IMG/VR virus record: IMGVR_UViG_3300045988_104080
Coordinates: 1-52,391 of that record
Source: a virus
Length of the DNA stretch: 52,391 bases
Direction: 5' to 3' (one strand)
Shown here: positions 47,660 through 52,391 of the stretch, in pieces
How the letters are laid out: each line of letters begins with the position of its first letter
Numbering within the stretch: the first letter of the stretch is position 1
Notes under the pieces: generated by a model
Seen by the model: the letters and a program-made list of their open reading frames with translations, nothing else
Told to the model about the DNA's origin: nothing
The model's database searches: none
Program-made: the position numbers and the translations under genes

Positions 47660-49195
47660 ATGAAGACCAATTCCAACCGCAAGTCCATGAAGATGGAGGC
47701 CGACGAGCTCACCGAGAAGATCAAGGCGTGCGTCAAGGAAGCTCTTGAGGAGCAGGCCGAGGCCAAGGCCGACGGTGAGGAGGGCATCGAGGAGCCCGCT
47801 GCCGAGGTCAACACCGGCGACATCTCTGCCTTGATTGAGCAGGCCATGGACGTCGTGGCAGAGAAGCGCAAGTCCCGCAAGGATGCTGGTGAGGACGTCG
47901 GCGAGGTGACTGCCGACGACATCCTGGAGGCCGTGGGCGAGATCGTGGAGGCCACCGCAGCCAAGGCCGACGAGGGCGACCCCGAGGAGAAGGAGGACGA
48001 TGAGACCATCGAGGGCAAGTCCTTCACCCTTCCCGCCCGCCAGACCAAGGCCAAGGCGGCCAAGGCCAGCCGCGCCCCCGTGCAGCGCAAGTACGCCGGT
48101 ATCTACATGAGCGGCGCTTCCGGCAAGAAGACCGAGAAGAAGGCTGTGCCTCCCTCCATCCAGCTCGCCCGGGCCATCAAGTGCCTGGACATCTTCGGCA
48201 AGCACGACCCCGAGGCCGCTGCCTTCTATGCGCAGCGCAAGTATGACGACGGCGACATGGCTCGGGAGTTCAAGGCCCTGTCTGCCACCAACCCCGCAGC
48301 GGGCGGCTATCTCATCCCCGAGATTTACATGGACCAGATCATTGAGCTGCTGTACTCCAAGACCGTCATCTTCGAGCTGGGCGCTCAGAAGGTGCCCATG
48401 GCAAACGGCAACCTGAACATCCCCAAGATGACCGGTGGCGCCCGTGCTACCTGGGGCGGTGAGCAGCGCAAGATCGCCAAGAGCCAGCCCACCTTCGGCA
48501 ACATCAAGCTGTCCGCGAAGCGCCTGGAGGCCATCGTGCCCCAGACCCGCGAGCTGCTGATGAGCACCAACTACTCTGCCGATCAGATTTTCGCCAACGA
48601 TCTGACCCGCCGCATGGAGCTGGGCCTCGATTTCGGTGCCCTGTTCGGCAAGGGCGGCGAGTTCCAGCCTATGGGCGTCTTCACCGATAAGGAGATTGAG
48701 CACATCGACGCCAAGACCATCGGCAACACCGACCTGGCCGACACCAACGGCAAGGTGACCGCCGACTTCCCCGTGTACGTCCGTTCCATCGTCCTGGCGA
48801 AGAATGTGGACGACATCAAGCTGGGCTGGACCTTCAACTCTGTGCTGGAGGGCTACTTTATGAACCTCAAGACCACCACCGGTGAGTACATCTACCGCGA
48901 CGAGATGACCGCCGGTAAGCTCCTGGGCTTCCCCTACAAGGTGTCCAACCAGATCGCCACCAACAGCGACGGCCTCACCGAGCTTTGCTTCGGCAACTGG
49001 GCCGATATGCTGGTTGGCGAGCAGATGGGCCTTGAGACCTACACCACCCTGGACGGTTCCTGGGTTGACGAGGAGGGCAACCAGCACAACGCCTTCGAGG
49101 AGAACCTGGCCGCCACCCGCGCCCTGATGTATGTGGACATCGCCTCCCGCCACAAGGAGAGCTTCGTGCACGTCAAGAATATCAAGGCGTTTTAA
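47660..49195 (+). CDS. Major capsid protein (HK97 fold) with a long acidic N-terminal scaffold-like delta domain
   Basis: 511 aa, RBS AAGGAGGAAA. About 150 aa of acidic, helical N-terminus, then a Phage_capsid-like core (..GGYLIPE...ELGA..V.M..G.LNIPK..). Confidence 0.9.
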   Translation: MKTNSNRKSMKMEADELTEKIKACVKEALEEQAEAKADGEEGIEEPAAEVNTGDISALIEQAMDVVAEKRKSRKDAGEDVGEVTADDILEAVGEIVEATAAKADEGDPEEKEDDETIEGKSFTLPARQTKAKAAKASRAPVQRKYAGIYMSGASGKKTEKKAVPPSIQLARAIKCLDIFGKHDPEAAAFYAQRKYDDGDMAREFKALSATNPAAGGYLIPEIYMDQIIELLYSKTVIFELGAQKVPMANGNLNIPKMTGGARATWGGEQRKIAKSQPTFGNIKLSAKRLEAIVPQTRELLMSTNYSADQIFANDLTRRMELGLDFGALFGKGGEFQPMGVFTDKEIEHIDAKTIGNTDLADTNGKVTADFPVYVRSIVLAKNVDDIKLGWTFNSVLEGYFMNLKTTTGEYIYRDEMTAGKLLGFPYKVSNQIATNSDGLTELCFGNWADMLVGEQMGLETYTTLDGSWVDEEGNQHNAFEENLAATRALMYVDIASRHKESFVHVKNIKAF

Positions 49196-49199
49196 TCAA

Positions 49200-49225
49200 C
49201 CGGAGGGGCCGCAGCGCCCCTCCGG
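49200..49225 (+). terminator. GC-rich stem-loop just after the capsid gene (attenuator or mRNA stabiliser; no U-tract)
   Basis: CCGGAGGGGC-cgcagc-GCCCCTCCGG: perfect 10-bp stem, 5 nt after the stop. Confidence 0.4.
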
Positions 49226-49258
49226 CTACTCACATCATCTACAAGGAGGAAATGCACT

Positions 49259-49603
49259 ATGAAGCGTGCTCTTATTCAGAATGTGAAGGTTATGCCCTAC
49301 ACCCTGGAGACCGCCATTGACCGCGAGGGCTATCTCTCCGCTATCCTGGCTGCCTCTGTGACCGCAGGCACCACCGCCAAGGTCTCTGTCACCCACTGCG
49401 ACACCGAATCCGGTGACTATGTTGCCGTGCCGGATGACTTCATCGTGGTTGGCAAGGACTCTGCCAGCTTCACCGCCACCGCGCTGGTGAACTTCGACAT
49501 TGACCTGGTCGGCTGCAAGCGCTACATCAAGATCAAGGTCGAGGGCCCCACCACTGCCACCTACGCCGTGGCCCTGGGCGACCCCGTTGAGGCCCCCGTC
49601 TAA
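49259..49603 (+). CDS. Probable abundant head protein (decoration-like)
   Basis: 114 aa. Its translation initiation region is nearly identical to that of the capsid gene; beta-rich sequence. Confidence 0.45.
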   Translation: MKRALIQNVKVMPYTLETAIDREGYLSAILAASVTAGTTAKVSVTHCDTESGDYVAVPDDFIVVGKDSASFTATALVNFDIDLVGCKRYIKIKVEGPTTATYAVALGDPVEAPV

Positions 49604-49626
49604 GCGCACAGGAAGGAGCGATCAGA

Positions 49627-49749
49627 ATGGCCCGTATCTATGACCAGAAGACCGTGAAGCCCGCCCAGAACAAGAAGACGGGCCCCTCCGAGAAGAAGGA
49701 GGAGGCCACCAAGAAGGGCGAACAGAAGAAGGAGGGCGAGGGGGAGTAA
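49627..49749 (+). CDS. Small Lys/Glu-rich protein
   Basis: 40 aa, RBS GGAAGGAG; translated by hand (below the ORF-track threshold). Confidence 0.35.
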   Translation: MARIYDQKTVKPAQNKKTGPSEKKEEATKKGEQKKEGEGE

Positions 49750-49759
49750 CCCCTCGCCC
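49734..49759 (+). terminator. GC-rich stem-loop spanning the stop of the small ORF
   Basis: GGGCGAGGGG-gagtaa-CCCCTCGCCC: perfect 10-bp stem with a weak U-tract. Confidence 0.35.
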
Positions 49760-49782
49760 CTGTTCTGGAAGGGGGACACAGT

Positions 49783-50436
49783 ATGGAAAATGAAGCTACC
49801 GTCAGCCTGGCCCCCAACGCCATGACCACCCTGGAAGAAACCATGGAGCGCCTGGGCATCCCGCCGGAGGCAGCGGACACCGCTGTCAAGAACAATGTCA
49901 TCCGGCTCATCAACACGGCGTCTGCCTGGGTCGAGACCATCACCGGGCGGAAGTTCGGTCGGCAAACCTACACCCAGAGGTACACCGGCCCCGGGCACCA
50001 GGAGCTCGTGCTCCAGCAGTACCCGATCAGGGCCGTGGAGTACATCAAGGATGCTGAAAGCGGCGCGGAGTTCGACCCGGCCTCCTACGACTTTTCAATG
50101 GAGGGCGATGTCGGGGTAATCTACCGGGACATCGGCTGGACGTTCCGTGGCTACATCGCCGGGCTGGCAAACGACTATGTGGCGCCCAGGAGATACCTTG
50201 AGGTGAAATACACCGCCGGTTACATCCTTCCGAAGGACGCCACCAAGGAGGAGCCGTCGGACCTTCCGGCGGACATCATCGGCATCGTGTGGGGGATTGC
50301 AGAACAGGAGTTCTCCATCCTTCGGAATGGCGCCCAGGGCCTCGCTGCCTTCTCTATATCGGACGTGAGCTGGACCTTCGATAAGGAGCCGCGCGGCTCC
50401 TGGATGGAGACCCTGGCCCGCTACATGAGGTGGTAG
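49783..50436 (+). CDS. Head-tail connector (gp6-like adaptor)
   Basis: 217 aa. The N-terminal ..TLEETMERLGIP....NNVIRLINTASAWVETITGRKF.. matches the gp6-like connector pattern. Confidence 0.65.
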   Translation: MENEATVSLAPNAMTTLEETMERLGIPPEAADTAVKNNVIRLINTASAWVETITGRKFGRQTYTQRYTGPGHQELVLQQYPIRAVEYIKDAESGAEFDPASYDFSMEGDVGVIYRDIGWTFRGYIAGLANDYVAPRRYLEVKYTAGYILPKDATKEEPSDLPADIIGIVWGIAEQEFSILRNGAQGLAAFSISDVSWTFDKEPRGSWMETLARYMRW

Positions 50437-50438
50437 GC

Positions 50439-51083
50439 ATGAGGACCACAGACGCCGTTACGCCGGAGATCGAGCGCATCAGGAAGGAGCTGGAGCACCT
50501 GAATCGGATCCGTATCAAGGTCGGTATTCAGGGGGACGCAGACAGCGACATCCTGACCATCGCCAGGGTGCATGAGTATGGCGCGGTCATCACGGCAAAG
50601 ACCACCAAGAACCTGGCTATCCCCATCCATAAGGATAGCTACGACAAGAGCCCCAGGGACTTCCCGGGGCTCTTTTTCATCCGGTCAGAGGCCGGATACC
50701 TGTTTGGTGTCGTAGAGAAGGGACGCCGCCGGAAGGGCAACGAGGGGGATAACCTCAAATTCCTGTTCCTGCTGCTTCCCTCTGTCTCCATCCCGGAGCG
50801 GTCCTTCATCCGCGCCGGGTATGACGCCAACAAGAACCGGCTCGCAGAGGTCGTGAAGGACCAGGTTTCGGAGATCATCCTCCACGGGAAGACGGCCACC
50901 GAGGTGGCTGAGTACATCGGCGGCAAGGCGGTTGACTTCATCCGGGAGTTCATCAACGACGCCAGCAACTTCGAGCCGAAGGGCAATATTCAGAAGGAGC
51001 GGCACCCGTCCTGGGCAAACAACCCCCTCGTTGTGACGGGGCGGCTCCGAAACTCAATCACCTGGAAAATCGAGGAGGGATAG
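50439..51083 (+). CDS. HK97 gp10-like neck / tail-completion protein
   Basis: 214 aa. C-terminal ..VVTGRLRNSITWKI.. (tG.LrnSi motif). Confidence 0.55.
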   Translation: MRTTDAVTPEIERIRKELEHLNRIRIKVGIQGDADSDILTIARVHEYGAVITAKTTKNLAIPIHKDSYDKSPRDFPGLFFIRSEAGYLFGVVEKGRRRKGNEGDNLKFLFLLLPSVSIPERSFIRAGYDANKNRLAEVVKDQVSEIILHGKTATEVAEYIGGKAVDFIREFINDASNFEPKGNIQKERHPSWANNPLVVTGRLRNSITWKIEEG

Positions 51084-51084
51084 C

Positions 51085-51459
51085 GTGGGCATCCTGTTCA
51101 AAATGGCACAGCCCCAGATACCTGGCGGGCTACTGCATACCATGTACGAGCTCACGGCAGGCGGCAAATACGACCAGGCCCAGGGCGGCCAGTGGGTACC
51201 CACGCCAGACCAGAAGACCGCCTTCCAGGGCGTAGTCCTGCCGGTCAGTGACGTGGACCTGCGCCGGGAGATCACCGGCACCGTCACGGACCGTTCCGAG
51301 AAAATATACACCAACGGCCACACCCTCAAGGTCGGGGCCGAGGTGTATGACCCGGATTCCAATACAACCTACACCGTTACCCAGGAACTCGGGCACAACA
51401 GCCTTCACCCCATGAAGCGCTACCTGGTCGAGGCGAGAGGAGGCGCAGCACCAAAATGA
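51085..51459 (+). CDS. Head-tail joining / head closure protein
   Basis: 124 aa, GTG start after GGAGGGA; assigned by synteny only. Confidence 0.45.
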   Translation: MGILFKMAQPQIPGGLLHTMYELTAGGKYDQAQGGQWVPTPDQKTAFQGVVLPVSDVDLRREITGTVTDRSEKIYTNGHTLKVGAEVYDPDSNTTYTVTQELGHNSLHPMKRYLVEARGGAAPK

Positions 51460-52016
51460 CCTTCACCCAGAAGCGAAACAAGCTGATTGCTGCCCTTTAC
51501 GCCGCCGTCGGGTGCCCTGTTGTGCTCGCGTCGCAGGTCCAGCCGGAGGCAGAACCCCCGTTCATCGTCTACACGGTCACGACCGACTATATCCCAGACG
51601 GGAGCCTCGGGCACTATCTCCAGGGCGACGGCGAGGCAGAAGGAAGCCTGGTGTCGGTTCGGGTAGAGCAGCCGACCGCCACTTTTTCATTTACTGCTTG
51701 CAGCATCGACAGAACCACCGAGAACGGCACTATCTTTGGAGCAGATGAAGCCCTGGACCTTGCGCATAAGGCCCAGGGCTTTTTCCTCCATACCGGGCGT
51801 GACGCCCTGGAGGCGGCCGGGTTCGTAGCCCTGGACGTTTCCAATGCCACCAACCGCGATGCACTGGAACTCAACGAGATGGGACGCCGCTACGGCTTCG
51901 ACGTCCGGCTCCGTTATGTCCGGGAGGATGTGGTTGAAGTCGCTGCTATTGATAAGCCGAACACCATTCAAAGAAGGAGTGAAAACCATGCCGAAAGACG
52001 TAATCGTGGTCGTTGA
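51456..52016 (+). CDS. Tail terminator-like neck protein
   Basis: 186 aa, ATGA overlap upstream. It is the last gene before the sheath and overlaps the sheath start by 29 nt; assigned by synteny. Confidence 0.45.
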   Translation: MTFTQKRNKLIAALYAAVGCPVVLASQVQPEAEPPFIVYTVTTDYIPDGSLGHYLQGDGEAEGSLVSVRVEQPTATFSFTACSIDRTTENGTIFGADEALDLAHKAQGFFLHTGRDALEAAGFVALDVSNATNRDALELNEMGRRYGFDVRLRYVREDVVEVAAIDKPNTIQRRSENHAERRNRGR

Positions 52017-52391
52017 CATTGACGCGAAGCCCGCCGGTACTGAGAGCCTGGACATTCTCCTGGTCTCCACGGAAGGGGCAAAGGATGTCGCTACCTACCG
52101 CGATCTGGAAGTCATCAAGACCGACTTCACCGGGAAGAAGGTTGCCGATATGGCCGAAGCCCTGTTCAACCAGGGCAAGACCACCCTGGCAACCACCCTC
52201 ATCCGCAAGGTGAAAATCCTTGGCATCGAGGCCCCGTCCGGCTCTGGGGAGTCCGAGAAGGCCGCAGCCGTGGTTGCCGCCATCGAGGAGTTCCGCGAGA
52301 AGGACGACGACTGGTACATCCTGCTCATCGACCAGAGCGGCGATGAATATGTCAAGGCCCTGGCGGCCTGGGCAGAAAGCACCGAGCCCAC
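51988..52391 (+). CDS. Tail sheath protein, N-terminal part (continues at 56-728 after circularisation)
   Basis: ATG 51988 with RBS AAGGAGTG (MPKDVIVVVDIDAKPAGTESLDILLVS...). Open to the window end and in frame with 3-728. Confidence 0.85.
   Translation, partial: MPKDVIVVVDIDAKPAGTESLDILLVSTEGAKDVATYRDLEVIKTDFTGKKVADMAEALFNQGKTTLATTLIRKVKILGIEAPSGSGESEKAAAVVAAIEEFREKDDDWYILLIDQSGDEYVKALAAWAESTEP
52337..52391. repeat. Terminal 55-bp overlap (second copy)
   Basis: Identical to 1-55. Confidence 0.9.

Overview
The window is a complete, circularly closed phage genome. Bases 1-55 are identical to 52337-52391, giving a unit length of 52,336 bp, and the tail-sheath reading frame runs straight across that junction. 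It is a GC-rich temperate phage with a contractile tail. Several features point to a Firmicutes/Clostridia-type host: strong AGGAGG ribosome-binding sites, DnaD-like, RecU-like and SleB-like proteins, an LL-H holin, and an amidase_2 + SH3 endolysin.

Layout:
- Sheath, tube, chaperone, tape measure, baseplate and fibre: 51988 through the junction to 9910.
- A diversity-generating retroelement (DGR) cassette (Avd, TR, RT, target with VR1): 10131-13650.
- Lysis module: 14450-16518.
- attP region and lysogeny module on the minus strand (integrase, two unknown genes, XRE repressor): 16519-19354.
- A long rightward early/replication operon: 19546-37981.
- A late operon starting at a near-consensus promoter (38157-38185) and running through terminase, portal, protease, capsid and neck genes back to the sheath.

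Items most worth follow-up:
1. A five-gene cassette at the head of the late operon (38222-42283). It encodes a HAD-like protein, two paralogous ParB-like proteins, a ParB-ParB-class-I-methyltransferase fusion and a full-length CmoA (carboxy-SAM synthase) homologue. I interpret it as a candidate, apparently undescribed, DNA carboxymethylation/hypermodification system.
2. The DGR has a second, remote variable repeat about 20 kb from the RT. It lies inside a replication-module gene that fuses the variable lectin-like domain to a MazG-like NTP pyrophosphohydrolase domain.
3. A single-polypeptide SbcD-SbcC (Mre11-Rad50-like) fusion.
4. A recurring hairpin with a conserved GTGCAA loop in early leaders, and a GTGCAA array in front of the late region.

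All family assignments come from reading motifs by eye. No searches or computations were run.
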